IMG/VR virus record: IMGVR_UViG_3300027759_000048
Source of the DNA: a virus
Reading direction: 5' to 3' (one strand)
Length of the DNA stretch: 64,000 nt
Every line of letters begins with the position of its first letter. Within the stretch, counting starts at the first letter, position 1. Made by a program: the position numbers and the translations under genes. Shown here piece after piece: positions 20,049 to 30,034 of this stretch. The notes beneath the pieces were generated by a model. The model had not been told where the DNA came from and did not search any database. It saw only the letters and a list, made by a program, of their open reading frames with translations.

Positions 20049-22070
20049 ATGAAGAAAATCGTATTCACATTTGGCCGTTATAATCCACCTACAACAGGTC
20101 ACGCAGAACTAATCACATATGCCGTCAGACTAGCACAAAAGAACGGCGCTGATCATCGTATCTATACTTCCCAGTCACATGATCCATCTAAGAATCCCCT
20201 AGCACCAAGACAGAAGATGATGTTTCTGCGCCAGATATTTCCTGGCGTTAATTTCGTTGATGATCCAGCAATGAAGACCGCCTTTGCTATTTGCCGCAAG
20301 CTGGCTGACGAAGGTTACGAAGATGTAACATTTGTGGTTGGTGATGACCGTCTATCAGATTTCAAAACATCATTTAGCAGATATGTCAAGCCAAAGACTG
20401 CTAAAGATTATAATCCCAAGATCCATTATCCATTCAAAAAATTTCAGGTTGTATCATCAGGTGCTAGAAAGCAAGGCATCTCTGGTACAGACTTACGTGC
20501 GGCAGTTCGCAAGGGTGACTTTGCTACATTCGCTAAAGCCTCAGCGGCTAGAGATAAGACACTAGCTCGCAAGATATTTACTGCGACTAGAGCCCAATTG
20601 AAAGAACAAATGTTATACGAAGAAATGAGCCGCAAGGACTTTAGTAATCATCTCAATTCATTCCTTGATTTTTGCTGTGATAAACTAAACATATCCGACA
20701 AGCCAAAACTAAAGTTCAAAGAACCTGCGGACCAGGGTGAGCAACCATCATTTGCTGCTTATGCTCCTGGTGCCCGTGAGGTTTATGTTATGAGCAAGAA
20801 TAGACATCCAATGGATATCTTTAGATCAGTTGCCCATGAGTTAGTTCATCATAAACAGAATGAAGAAGGACGCATTGGCAAAGACATAGCCAAAGAAGGT
20901 GCTACTGGATCTGATATTGAGAACGAAGCTAATTCAAGAGCCGGCGAACTTATGCGCTGGTATGGCAAAGCTAATCCATCAGCCTTCAGTATGAGTTATG
21001 TTACAGAGAATAAAGCTATAGTCTTAGCTGGCGTACCTGGTAGTGGAAAAGATAAGATACTCAAAGAGACCATTCTACCATTTGGCTTCACAGAGATATC
21101 CTCAGAGACATATACAACGCCGTCAGACCGGTTGATTGTCGTCAATGGTACATCCAACTATGAGCGTATCCGTTTCATCAAAGAAGACCTAGAAAAAGCT
21201 GGTTATGAGACAATCATGGTATTCGTCAATACCAGCAACGATGTTTCAAGACAACGCAATGAAGCAAGAGCCGACAAGGGCGGAAGAGTAATCAATGAGG
21301 CTGTAAGATATACAAAGTGGAAGAATGCTCAGGATACTCTAGACCGCTATGACGATCTATTTGAAAGAGTATTTGTTGTCCAGAATGATTTAGACCTTAA
21401 TCAGTCACAAGAGGTTATTCAAGAGACACATCATAAGCTAATTGAAATGGTATCAGAGGATATTCGTCAGTTTGCTCTAGCACCAGCCGATAAGAAGTTT
21501 GAGAATATGTTAGAGGGCTATACAGATTTCTCTGTCAATAACAGAAAGAATCCAACTGGTGGTGCTGGCAATTGGGGCACATCAAAACTCGCTGACAGAT
21601 ATAAGTCAGATACACCAGGTCAGATTCCTGGTAAGAATTTAGAGATGGGTTACTATCAACCAAAAGTCAAAGTCTTTGGCAATCTACCAAAGCAGGCTGA
21701 TAGAGTTGGACAGACATTCACCTCAGCTAAGAATCCATCATTCGTCGGTGATATCACAAGCGACCAGAATGCTTTCTCAATCGGTGAGCCTTTGACAAAC
21801 TGGTCTGCTATTGATCGTTGGGCTATGAGAGAAGAGACCAGAAATCGCTTCAAGGCAAAGTATGGTTATTTGGCTGAACAGAAGATTAAAGAGATCGCAG
21901 ATAAATTACGCCGTGAGGCTAATTTTGATATCTCATCATCATCTGGCTTTATTGGTGCTACACCTAATGCTGGTAATGCTGGTGACGATGGCACAAGACC
22001 TGATATCAACGCAGAGTTTGAGAAAATGGCTATAATGAAGCCTAGAAGAAAACTAAATAAGAAGAAATGA
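20049..22070 (+). CDS. multidomain cytidylyltransferase-like / HExxH peptidase / P-loop kinase protein
   Basis: FTFGRYNPPTTGH...ISGT; SVAHELVH; LAGVPGSGKD...RQRNEAR. Confidence 0.8.
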   Translation: MKKIVFTFGRYNPPTTGHAELITYAVRLAQKNGADHRIYTSQSHDPSKNPLAPRQKMMFLRQIFPGVNFVDDPAMKTAFAICRKLADEGYEDVTFVVGDDRLSDFKTSFSRYVKPKTAKDYNPKIHYPFKKFQVVSSGARKQGISGTDLRAAVRKGDFATFAKASAARDKTLARKIFTATRAQLKEQMLYEEMSRKDFSNHLNSFLDFCCDKLNISDKPKLKFKEPADQGEQPSFAAYAPGAREVYVMSKNRHPMDIFRSVAHELVHHKQNEEGRIGKDIAKEGATGSDIENEANSRAGELMRWYGKANPSAFSMSYVTENKAIVLAGVPGSGKDKILKETILPFGFTEISSETYTTPSDRLIVVNGTSNYERIRFIKEDLEKAGYETIMVFVNTSNDVSRQRNEARADKGGRVINEAVRYTKWKNAQDTLDRYDDLFERVFVVQNDLDLNQSQEVIQETHHKLIEMVSEDIRQFALAPADKKFENMLEGYTDFSVNNRKNPTGGAGNWGTSKLADRYKSDTPGQIPGKNLEMGYYQPKVKVFGNLPKQADRVGQTFTSAKNPSFVGDITSDQNAFSIGEPLTNWSAIDRWAMREETRNRFKAKYGYLAEQKIKEIADKLRREANFDISSSSGFIGATPNAGNAGDDGTRPDINAEFEKMAIMKPRRKLNKKK

Positions 22071-22100
22071 TTTTAGAAATCAATCAAAAAGGAACCAACA

Positions 22101-23567
22101 ATGTTTAATAACAGATTTAATAGTTCTAAGAACGATCCTCTTGTAGAGGCCGTAAAACAAGCTCAGGCTGAAGGCGATCTTCGTCGTCAGGCTGTTGCTG
22201 CCGTCAATGAGCAATTTGGCGTTTTCTCACGTAACGCAGTTGTTCGTGAGGATCTAGCTGCTTATGACGCTGCTATCGAGGAAGCCTATAAATGTATGAA
22301 GGAAGAAGAAAAACAGAAGAAAAGTGAAAAAGAAATAAATGCTGAAAAGACAAAAAAGACTTTTCCGAACGTAAAGCATGTAACATCAAAGGGTCATCCT
22401 GATTGGGAAAAGCATGGCATTAAAGATATTCCAACAGTCAAAGAAGGCAAGAAACTTGCCGACAAAGACTATGACAAGGACGGCAAGATTGAGTCCCCAA
22501 AAGATGAAGTATGGGGTTCACGTTTCCGTGCTGCTAAAGCTGCTGGTAAGATGGAAGAAGGCTCAGCCGTATCTGGTGAAGATCCAGGTATGGAAGTTGC
22601 TAAGAAAGCTGGCGCTGCTCAACAGTCACAGACACCATCATCAACACCTGCTCCTACAAAGAGTAAAGACCTTAGCTCAACATTCTCTAGCGCCCGTGGT
22701 GCTGCTGGTATGAATGAAGCACAGATTGATGAAATCTCAAAAGAACTAGCTGGTCGTTACGTTAAGCAGGCTGACTATAAGCGTTCCGAATCTTCTTTCC
22801 GTTCTGGTAAAGTTTACGGTAAAGAACTTGCCACAAAGAGAAGAACAAAGCAAGACGTTGAAGATTCACGTAAACACAATCGTGATTCCTTCAAGCGTGA
22901 AAAAGGCATCAACATGGCGGTTAATAAACTAACAGGTCGTGCTAAAGTTTCTGCTAATGAAGAAGTTATGAAGGAATCCATCAAGGCTAAACTTCTTGCT
23001 AAACACATGAAAGAAGATAGACAGATAGATGAGATCGTTGTTCAACCTTCACAAATAAAGTCAGGTGAAACACTAGGTCAGGCAATGAATAGACTTCAAG
23101 GCAAGACAGCTATCAAAGGTGGTAAAAACGATATATCTACACCAAAACCATCTTCATCTTCTGGTCCGCAGAACAATCCTGGTCTAGCATCCGCTAAAGG
23201 ATTTCCTAAAACTGCTGATAAACCAATCGGTGACGCTGGTTACAAGTCAGGTCAAACAGTTTCATTGAAACCAATTGGTGATACAGGTTCAGCTATGGCA
23301 GCGGACAACAAGCCAGAGCCAGCACGTCCTGCTCCAACACCAGGTTGGAAATCACCTGCTCCTGTTGATCAAGCAAAAACAATTGGTGCATCTGGTGGCG
23401 AAGCTCCTATGGCAGCACCTAAGGTTGCTCCAACACCACCTTCACGTCCTGCTAATTTGGGCGGTTCATCTGCTCCTGCTAAACCAATGCAGAATCCAGA
23501 TCAGAACATTACAAAAGTAATGAAAGAGTCAGTTCAAGTTGGTGTCAATAAATACAGGATTGTATAA
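22101..23567 (+). CDS. modular internal head protein
   Basis: Late promoter; repeated (M/V/I/L)xE sites, QIDE modules, low-complexity Pro/Ala/Lys. Confidence 0.6.
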   Translation: MFNNRFNSSKNDPLVEAVKQAQAEGDLRRQAVAAVNEQFGVFSRNAVVREDLAAYDAAIEEAYKCMKEEEKQKKSEKEINAEKTKKTFPNVKHVTSKGHPDWEKHGIKDIPTVKEGKKLADKDYDKDGKIESPKDEVWGSRFRAAKAAGKMEEGSAVSGEDPGMEVAKKAGAAQQSQTPSSTPAPTKSKDLSSTFSSARGAAGMNEAQIDEISKELAGRYVKQADYKRSESSFRSGKVYGKELATKRRTKQDVEDSRKHNRDSFKREKGINMAVNKLTGRAKVSANEEVMKESIKAKLLAKHMKEDRQIDEIVVQPSQIKSGETLGQAMNRLQGKTAIKGGKNDISTPKPSSSSGPQNNPGLASAKGFPKTADKPIGDAGYKSGQTVSLKPIGDTGSAMAADNKPEPARPAPTPGWKSPAPVDQAKTIGASGGEAPMAAPKVAPTPPSRPANLGGSSAPAKPMQNPDQNITKVMKESVQVGVNKYRIV

Positions 23568-23824
23568 TGGTGCATTCACCAAAAAGAAGTTCGGTATTTG
23601 GAAGTAGAAAAACTGGTGATCTAACTGACAGAGAGGCACCTCGTAAGGCAGTTGGTAACCAGAATCTAACTCCAGGTAGATATGATGTTAATGAAGAAGC
23701 AAAGAAAGGATCACAGAAGGTCCTTTCTAAGATTAAAGCTGGCAAGGCTGAAACTGGTGGCACAGAGACACCAGTTATTATCAATCCTGATAAGCCCGAC
23801 GCCATCGGCAAAACTTATAACTAA
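23567..23824 (+). CDS. hypothetical basic protein
   Basis: Coupled ORF in late operon. Confidence 0.55.
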   Translation: MVHSPKRSSVFGSRKTGDLTDREAPRKAVGNQNLTPGRYDVNEEAKKGSQKVLSKIKAGKAETGGTETPVIINPDKPDAIGKTYN

Positions 23825-23838
23825 AAAGGAAAACTAAA

Positions 23839-24492
23839 ATGCCATTATGGGGTAATTTCGATAACGCTGCTAATTCAGACATTGCAGCACTAATGCAGGT
23901 CAATCAAAGTCCTGCTAACACAACAGCAAGAACTTTGCTATTCAATAACACAACTGCTAACACAGTTGTAAAGAGTGCTAAGGGCGCTGGCAACGTAGTA
24001 GTTGGTCAGTTCTTTGCTAACACCGCTGAAATGAGAGCCGCACAGGCTTCACCTGGTGGTTCACATCCACAACATGCTGGCTGGGTTCTTCGTCACGAAG
24101 GACGTGGTCTCAAAGCTGGTCGTGTATGGTACGAAACACTTGTTGCTATGGGTTCATCAAGAAGCGATGCTTCCGATGACACATACTTCCCAGATTATGC
24201 ATTGCTTATTGGCACACAGCCATCAAGCAATTCATCTGCTACAGCCGGTAACTTGACATTCACCGTTGCTGCTTCATCTGTTCCAACTGGTGCTACACTC
24301 AGCTATCAGTGGCAGGTTAATAACGGCGGTTGGGTTAATCTTTCATATGCTGCTGGCCAGTATTTTAATCCAACAACTCTTACACTTACAGCAAACAACA
24401 TTACAGCAAACGGCAATGTGTTCCGTGTAGCAGTTTCTACAACAGGCGCAAATACAGTCTATTCAAGCAACGCTACAATCGCAAAAGTTTAA
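23839..24492 (+). CDS. virion decoration protein with C-terminal Ig-like domain
   Basis: MPLWG start, HAGWV...ETLVAM, TQP...FTV.A...LSYQWQ...FRV.VS. Confidence 0.7.
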   Translation: MPLWGNFDNAANSDIAALMQVNQSPANTTARTLLFNNTTANTVVKSAKGAGNVVVGQFFANTAEMRAAQASPGGSHPQHAGWVLRHEGRGLKAGRVWYETLVAMGSSRSDASDDTYFPDYALLIGTQPSSNSSATAGNLTFTVAASSVPTGATLSYQWQVNNGGWVNLSYAAGQYFNPTTLTLTANNITANGNVFRVAVSTTGANTVYSSNATIAKV

Positions 24493-24504
24493 GGAGTGAT
24501 ATAA

Positions 24505-26238
24505 ATGAAATCATTCCTTGATCATCTAAAAGAAGAGGTTCTGCCAACAGTCCAAGTGGCTGATGGCGGCCTCGATATCAGTAAGCCAGCCGTTCGTGCT
24601 GCTATCAATGCTGCTATCGCTGGTGTTGTATCACAGCCAGCGGTAACACCTTACGTTGTATTCAATAGACTATCAAAGCTACTCGCACAGTATCACATCG
24701 TTCTTCCTAAGCGTTTCTTAGAAGGCGATAAAGGTGTAGAGGTATTTGAGCTACGTCAATTTGGACACAAGATGGGCATGACCGACTCTGGTGAGTTTGT
24801 CAATGAAGTTCCATCAACTCATTACCTATTCTTGCAGTATGGTATTCTATCACCATTTGGTATCACATATGCTAAACCAGTAGTTGGTGGTATGTTCAAG
24901 GTTATGGCTAGAATTGTTGATAAGGAAGAACTAGACAAACTTATTGACATGGCTGAAATTACTATGGCTGAGGAAGCCGAAGTCAATCAGGCTATTGCTA
25001 AAGCTAATGCTCCTAGAGATCCTATGCATGATATCACTTCTGATGAAAAGAAGAAGGGTAACAAAGAAGCAGTAGGAGCATCTGAAAAAAAAAGTTTAGA
25101 TGAAGGTGAAGTCAAACGCTTTGTTCCTACTCCTCCAAAACGTAAAGTAAAAGTTGTTGGAGGAAATAAAGAAGAAATAGAACAACAGCGTAAAAAACTT
25201 GACGCCTATCACAAGGCACGCCATAACAAGGATATAAATGAAGATACTCTTGATGAGGTTTCTCTAGGCAAACTTGTTCGTTATAAAAACAAAGCGGGCG
25301 AAGGTCGTGAAAAAGGTCTTACTCTTGCTGACAAGAAGATGAAAGGCAAAGCAAAAGTAAATGCTTCTGCGCCTAAGAATGCCTACATGGAAGAAGATAA
25401 AGATCCATGTTGGAAGGGCTATGAGATGATTGGCATGAAGAAGAAAGGCGGCAAGCCTGTTCCTAATTGTGTGCCAGTTAAAGAAGAACAGATTGATGAA
25501 GTATCAAAAAGACTTCTCGGTCGTTACATCAAGAAAGCTCATGTTAGTGGACTTGGTGCGGCCGCCGAAGGTGAGCAAGCATATTCTAGCAAGGACAAAG
25601 AAGGTCTTCATAGAGCCAACAAGACTGGTGAAAAGAGAGAACAAGGCATTGAACGTGCCGTAAATAAAATGACAGGCAGTGCCCGTGTTTCTGCTAATGA
25701 AGCATATGAAAAACAGGAAGCTGGTGTAAAAACTAAAGATGGTAAAACACATACATTACACAGACGCAATCCTGGTCATTCCACTGAATACCATACTGTT
25801 ACCACAAAAGACGCAGAAGGTAAAACAACTGTAAAAGCTGGTAAACCAAAGTATATCAAAAAGCATTGGGATAAGTTAGAAGAAACACAGATTGATGAGA
25901 TTTCTACTAAACTAGCTAGATCCTATGTTGCAAAGGCAAAGGAAGACGGTAAAGGTGGTAGAGCACAAGGTGTTTTTAGAGCAATTGGTAAAATGACAGG
26001 TCAATCCTATGAGAAGGTTGATAAGAACCATGGTAATGTTACAGTTGGTCATCTCAAACCAAAAGTTCTAACAAAAGAAGAAAGTCTTGATGAGAAAGCT
26101 CCTCCAGGCGCTAAGTTTGAGCGTATGGTAAAGCATATCAAAAAAGGTTATGCTAAAGACGGCGAACTAACCAAGAAGGAAAAGGGCATTGCCTTTGCTA
26201 CTGCTTGGAAAGCCAAGAACCGTGAAAAGGGTGAGTGA
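24505..26238 (+). CDS. modular internal head protein (polyprotein-like)
   Basis: N-terminus MKSFLDHLKEE; several (L/I)DE-delimited basic modules; CWKGY...PNCV and IAFATAWK motifs. Confidence 0.65.
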   Translation: MKSFLDHLKEEVLPTVQVADGGLDISKPAVRAAINAAIAGVVSQPAVTPYVVFNRLSKLLAQYHIVLPKRFLEGDKGVEVFELRQFGHKMGMTDSGEFVNEVPSTHYLFLQYGILSPFGITYAKPVVGGMFKVMARIVDKEELDKLIDMAEITMAEEAEVNQAIAKANAPRDPMHDITSDEKKKGNKEAVGASEKKSLDEGEVKRFVPTPPKRKVKVVGGNKEEIEQQRKKLDAYHKARHNKDINEDTLDEVSLGKLVRYKNKAGEGREKGLTLADKKMKGKAKVNASAPKNAYMEEDKDPCWKGYEMIGMKKKGGKPVPNCVPVKEEQIDEVSKRLLGRYIKKAHVSGLGAAAEGEQAYSSKDKEGLHRANKTGEKREQGIERAVNKMTGSARVSANEAYEKQEAGVKTKDGKTHTLHRRNPGHSTEYHTVTTKDAEGKTTVKAGKPKYIKKHWDKLEETQIDEISTKLARSYVAKAKEDGKGGRAQGVFRAIGKMTGQSYEKVDKNHGNVTVGHLKPKVLTKEESLDEKAPPGAKFERMVKHIKKGYAKDGELTKKEKGIAFATAWKAKNREKGE

Positions 26239-26473
26239 TCACCTAAAGAAGAGTAGAACAACATACATGGCCCACTTATTGTGGGCTGTGTATGCTGGCT
26301 TCTTTCTAATTCTCATTGGTATTGCTTCTATCATACATGGATTCTTTCCGTTCTTATTTGAAGGCACAACTTCTAATACAATCATCAATATGTTCTACAG
26401 ACGATTGTATAATCATCCAAATCCTGACTATCAATATAAGATTATGAAGGAAATGAAAAAAGCTAAGAACTAA
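26231..26473 (+). CDS. small membrane protein
   Basis: HL......Y..H, TM helix, IHGFFPFLF. Confidence 0.6.
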   Translation: MSDHLKKSRTTYMAHLLWAVYAGFFLILIGIASIIHGFFPFLFEGTTSNTIINMFYRRLYNHPNPDYQYKIMKEMKKAKN

Positions 26474-26859
26474 TGTTTGACTTGAATGATGGTAACTTTT
26501 TGATCTATGCTGCTAAATGTTACGACCGTCCACACATTCTACAATCAGAATTTGAGGATGATCTCAAGCGTCTAAAGTATGTCAAGAGGTTACTACGCAA
26601 GTATAAACAAACTGGTGAGTTCAAGGAACGATTAGTTCTTAATCACGTTATCATTCTAGCTAATGTGTTTGGTGTAGAAGCGACAACCAACATGCTATTC
26701 TTCAAAGTCGATCAAGAAGATTATCCCCTACTTAAAACAATCTTAATATATCTTAATTATATGCCTTCCCGTTTGAATGCTACGTTTGATAAATACTACG
26801 TCAGACAGGAAGAGATTCCCGTGGATCTGAAGATAGCAAATATATTGAGGACGATATGA
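26473..26859 (+). CDS. conserved T4-like hypothetical protein
   Basis: NFLIYAAKCY...EF.DDLKR.KYVKRL...ERLVLNH. Confidence 0.7.
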   Translation: MFDLNDGNFLIYAAKCYDRPHILQSEFEDDLKRLKYVKRLLRKYKQTGEFKERLVLNHVIILANVFGVEATTNMLFFKVDQEDYPLLKTILIYLNYMPSRLNATFDKYYVRQEEIPVDLKIANILRTI

Positions 26860-27254
26860 TAAAAGAAGAAGTCGGTGTTGGTGGTGGTGGAGTTGCTGGC
26901 ATTGGTATAGACGCACCTGGCAAACCTGGTTCTGGTGAGCCTGGCGTTTCACCTAAACATCAAGCTAAGAACAAGTCACCAATTCTGTTTCCTAAGATGA
27001 TGAAAAGATCAGAACCAAACAATATCGTAACATCAAGACGCAATGGACAGTTTGCTGGTGCTGCGGTGTTCGAGGTCAACTCAAAGATATTTCATAATCT
27101 AACTATGCAAAAGCGCAAGGGCAAACACTGGCGCACATACTTAGAAGAAGATGACTGCTACGCTGAGATTAGAGAGTGGGCAGCAAAGAATCCAAAAGGT
27201 AAAATCGTTGTAAGAAACGAGTCTACCGGCGAGATGAGATATATAAAATACTGA
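26856..27254 (+). CDS. hypothetical protein
   Basis: MIKEE start, GEPGV motif. Confidence 0.6.
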   Translation: MIKEEVGVGGGGVAGIGIDAPGKPGSGEPGVSPKHQAKNKSPILFPKMMKRSEPNNIVTSRRNGQFAGAAVFEVNSKIFHNLTMQKRKGKHWRTYLEEDDCYAEIREWAAKNPKGKIVVRNESTGEMRYIKY

Positions 27255-27264
27255 GGAGCAAATT

Positions 27265-27780
27265 ATGTCAGAGGTATGTAAGAAACTATTTCCTCACGAA
27301 GACACGGTGAACTTAAACAAGTTCTTTGGTGATCCTCGTGGCAGTAACGGTCAAGTAAGCCGTAAGTGGTATGCAGCAAACATTGTTAAGTGGACGCCGC
27401 CTTATCCAATCTTCTATTCAGATGGTAAGCGAACACCACTAAGAACATTACAGCTACACAAGAAAGTTGTAGATGTTTATACCGCAGCTTACACAGAGGT
27501 TAAAGAACACTTTACACCACAAGAGATCAAAGAGCTACATCTCGACATCTCTGGTGGTACATTCAATTATCGTTTGATGCGTGGTGGTTCAAGATTGTCA
27601 GTTCACGCATACGGTATAGCTATTGATATGGATCCTGCTAGAAATCCATTTCCTAAGAAGTGGGCAGAAGGTATGATCAACCGAGAGTTTTGTAATATCC
27701 TAATGAAACATGGTATTTGGTGGAGAGGTATCAATGGTGATACCGATGCCATGCACTTTCAAGCTGCATGGAGATATTGA
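27265..27780 (+). CDS. M15-family endolysin (Zn peptidase)
   Basis: FNYR.MRG...SVHAYGIAID...DAMHFQ. Confidence 0.85.
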   Translation: MSEVCKKLFPHEDTVNLNKFFGDPRGSNGQVSRKWYAANIVKWTPPYPIFYSDGKRTPLRTLQLHKKVVDVYTAAYTEVKEHFTPQEIKELHLDISGGTFNYRLMRGGSRLSVHAYGIAIDMDPARNPFPKKWAEGMINREFCNILMKHGIWWRGINGDTDAMHFQAAWRY

Positions 27781-27960
27781 GAATAAGACATGTCTATTTT
27801 GCTTTCAGGGCAGGAAAACATAAGAACGAGATTGTTCAGGCAAGTAGATGTGTTCAATCAGATATTGACGCCCCTTTGGATTGAGGGCGTCAATGTCCAA
27901 GGGTTAAAACCTCCCAATAACCCTGTATCAGAGGGAGGCTAGAAAGGATTGGAACTAACA

Positions 27961-28293
27961 ATGTCCGATAACGACACCAACGATTTCGAAAATGCTGTTG
28001 GTGCTGCTGTTACAAGAGTACCACCTATCATCACCGCTATTCTTGCGGTCGGTGGGCTGGTGGCTGCTTACTTTATGACAATCGGTGAGTTCAAAGTAAA
28101 AGACATGGAATTACAGCAAAAGGTAATGTACCTTGAGCAAAAGGTGGATCACATAGAAGAAACTATGGATACTATCAAAAACAAACTTGAGACACGTATT
28201 CCTGTCGTCGATGGCGACCGACAGGATCTTCGTAAGGAGATTGATAGCCTCAAGCAAGTCATTCAGGAAATGAAACCTTTATTAAAGAAATAA
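27961..28293 (+). CDS. single-TM coiled-coil protein, holin/spanin candidate
   Basis: TM IITAILAVGGLVAAYFM then coiled coil; directly after endolysin; alternative TTG start at 27949. Confidence 0.5.
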   Translation: MSDNDTNDFENAVGAAVTRVPPIITAILAVGGLVAAYFMTIGEFKVKDMELQQKVMYLEQKVDHIEETMDTIKNKLETRIPVVDGDRQDLRKEIDSLKQVIQEMKPLLKK

Positions 28294-28349
28294 CTTGACA
28301 TAGCGTTAAGTTTTGTTTATGATACTATTTCATTATGCTCAGGTGATGT

Positions 28350-29351
28350 ATGTCGGTATATATTGATAAGAAGTTTATTTCTCTCCTCGCTCCTAAACTT
28401 TCACAGTTCAAGCAGCGGGGAGAGTTTTTATGGAACTTCCGTTGTCCTGTATGCGGAGATTCACAGAAAGACAAGACAAAGACACGTGGCTACATCTATA
28501 AGCGAAAGGAACACTTTGGCTTTATGTGCCACAACTGCCACTCTACAATGGGTCTTGGAAAGTTCATTCGCTATGTTGACCCTTCTCTATATAATGAGTA
28601 TCAACTGGAATCGTTTGTTCAATCTAACACAACGGTTAAGGTTGATATCAATCAGTTTATAACAAAGCCGGTATTTAAACATCAGGTCATTGAGAGCAAT
28701 CTTCCTGAACTAGCATCTTTAAGTAAAGAACATCCTGCTAGAAAGTATATGGATGAAAGAAAAGTTCCACTCGATGGTCTTTACTATGCGGAAGATTTTG
28801 CTGATTATATAACCACAGTATTTCCAGACAATACGAAGCAACTATATAAAGAGCAACGAATAGTAATACCATTCAAAGACAAAGAAGGAAAACTATTAGG
28901 TGTTCAAGGACGAGCCATCGGGCAATCCAAAATCAAGTATATCACGATTAAGGCTAACGAAGATACTCCTAAGATTTTCGGCTGGCATGGATTGGATACA
29001 TCTAAAACTGTGTATGTTGTTGAGGGACCCATCGATTCTCTTTTCCTTGTCAATAGCGTGGCTACTATGGATGCAGCATTATATACTGCTGCTAATACAA
29101 TAGGACTTGACTATGATTATGTTTTCGTCTATGATAATGAACCTAGAAACAAACAGATAGTTTCCAATATGCGGAAGACGATTGAGATGGGAAAGAAGAT
29201 TTGTGTGTGGCCTGATACTATTCAACAAAAAGATATCAATGATATGGTGATAGCAGGAATGCATCCAAGTGAAATCCAACACATCATAGATAGTAATACA
29301 TTTGAAGGATTAATCGCTACGATGAAAATGAACCAGTGGAGTAAAGTATGA
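28350..29351 (+). CDS. 61: DNA primase (T4 gp61)
   Basis: RCPVCGDS...CHNC Zn finger, VVEGPIDS, DNEPRN, KDIND; promoter TTGACA-17-TATGAT at 28295. Confidence 0.96.
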   Translation: MSVYIDKKFISLLAPKLSQFKQRGEFLWNFRCPVCGDSQKDKTKTRGYIYKRKEHFGFMCHNCHSTMGLGKFIRYVDPSLYNEYQLESFVQSNTTVKVDINQFITKPVFKHQVIESNLPELASLSKEHPARKYMDERKVPLDGLYYAEDFADYITTVFPDNTKQLYKEQRIVIPFKDKEGKLLGVQGRAIGQSKIKYITIKANEDTPKIFGWHGLDTSKTVYVVEGPIDSLFLVNSVATMDAALYTAANTIGLDYDYVFVYDNEPRNKQIVSNMRKTIEMGKKICVWPDTIQQKDINDMVIAGMHPSEIQHIIDSNTFEGLIATMKMNQWSKV

Positions 29352-30034
29352 GCATTGTAAAGGAAATTCAAACACAACTAAAGAACAGAGGATACGATCC
29401 GGGTCCGATTGATGGTGACCTAGGTCCTAAGACACTAACAGCAATCAAGTCTTATATTTCAGCAAGTGTTATTCCTGTAGTTGAAAAGTCAAAAGATGTG
29501 GCAAAAGCAGTAGTTGAGAAAGTTGCTCCGCCAATGCCAGTTTCACAAATTGATTCTAATACACTCAAAGGTCGTGATCGTCCTTTGTATGTCAAGACAG
29601 TTCTACAAGACTTAGGCTGGAAAGATTATCAAGCCGCTGCTATGGTTGGACAGTTTATGCAGGAGTCATATCCTGATCTTCGCACAAATGTATGGGGTGA
29701 TAACAAGACGGCGCTTGGTCTAGCACAGTGGCGTGATAACTATAACAAAGCAACTGGTGAGCATTCACCAGGTCGTCTAACTGATCTTGCTAACTTTGCT
29801 ACTAAACTTGGTAAGTCAATTACTGATCTTGATACACAGGCACGATTTGTTCATTGGGAACTTACTGAAGGATCTGAAAAGGGTCTTGGTAAGAAACTAA
29901 AAGCAACAAAAGATATCGATGAAGCATTGCTGATTGCTATTGGCTATGAACGTCCTCGTGGATACACACCTGCCACACCACAGACTGGTGATGGCTTTGC
30001 TAACCGTTGTAAATATGCAAAGAGCCTACTATGA
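29348..30034 (+). CDS. peptidoglycan-binding domain + phage tail lysozyme domain protein
   Basis: Q..L...GYDPGPIDG.LGP.T; AAAMVGQFMQES...GLAQW...Q..F..WEL...YERP. Confidence 0.85.
   Translation: MSIVKEIQTQLKNRGYDPGPIDGDLGPKTLTAIKSYISASVIPVVEKSKDVAKAVVEKVAPPMPVSQIDSNTLKGRDRPLYVKTVLQDLGWKDYQAAAMVGQFMQESYPDLRTNVWGDNKTALGLAQWRDNYNKATGEHSPGRLTDLANFATKLGKSITDLDTQARFVHWELTEGSEKGLGKKLKATKDIDEALLIAIGYERPRGYTPATPQTGDGFANRCKYAKSLL

Noticed and set aside
27790-27942. 50-codon ORF across the structured intergenic region
   Set aside because: No SD, and the strong base-pairing explains the sequence better; a leader peptide cannot be fully excluded
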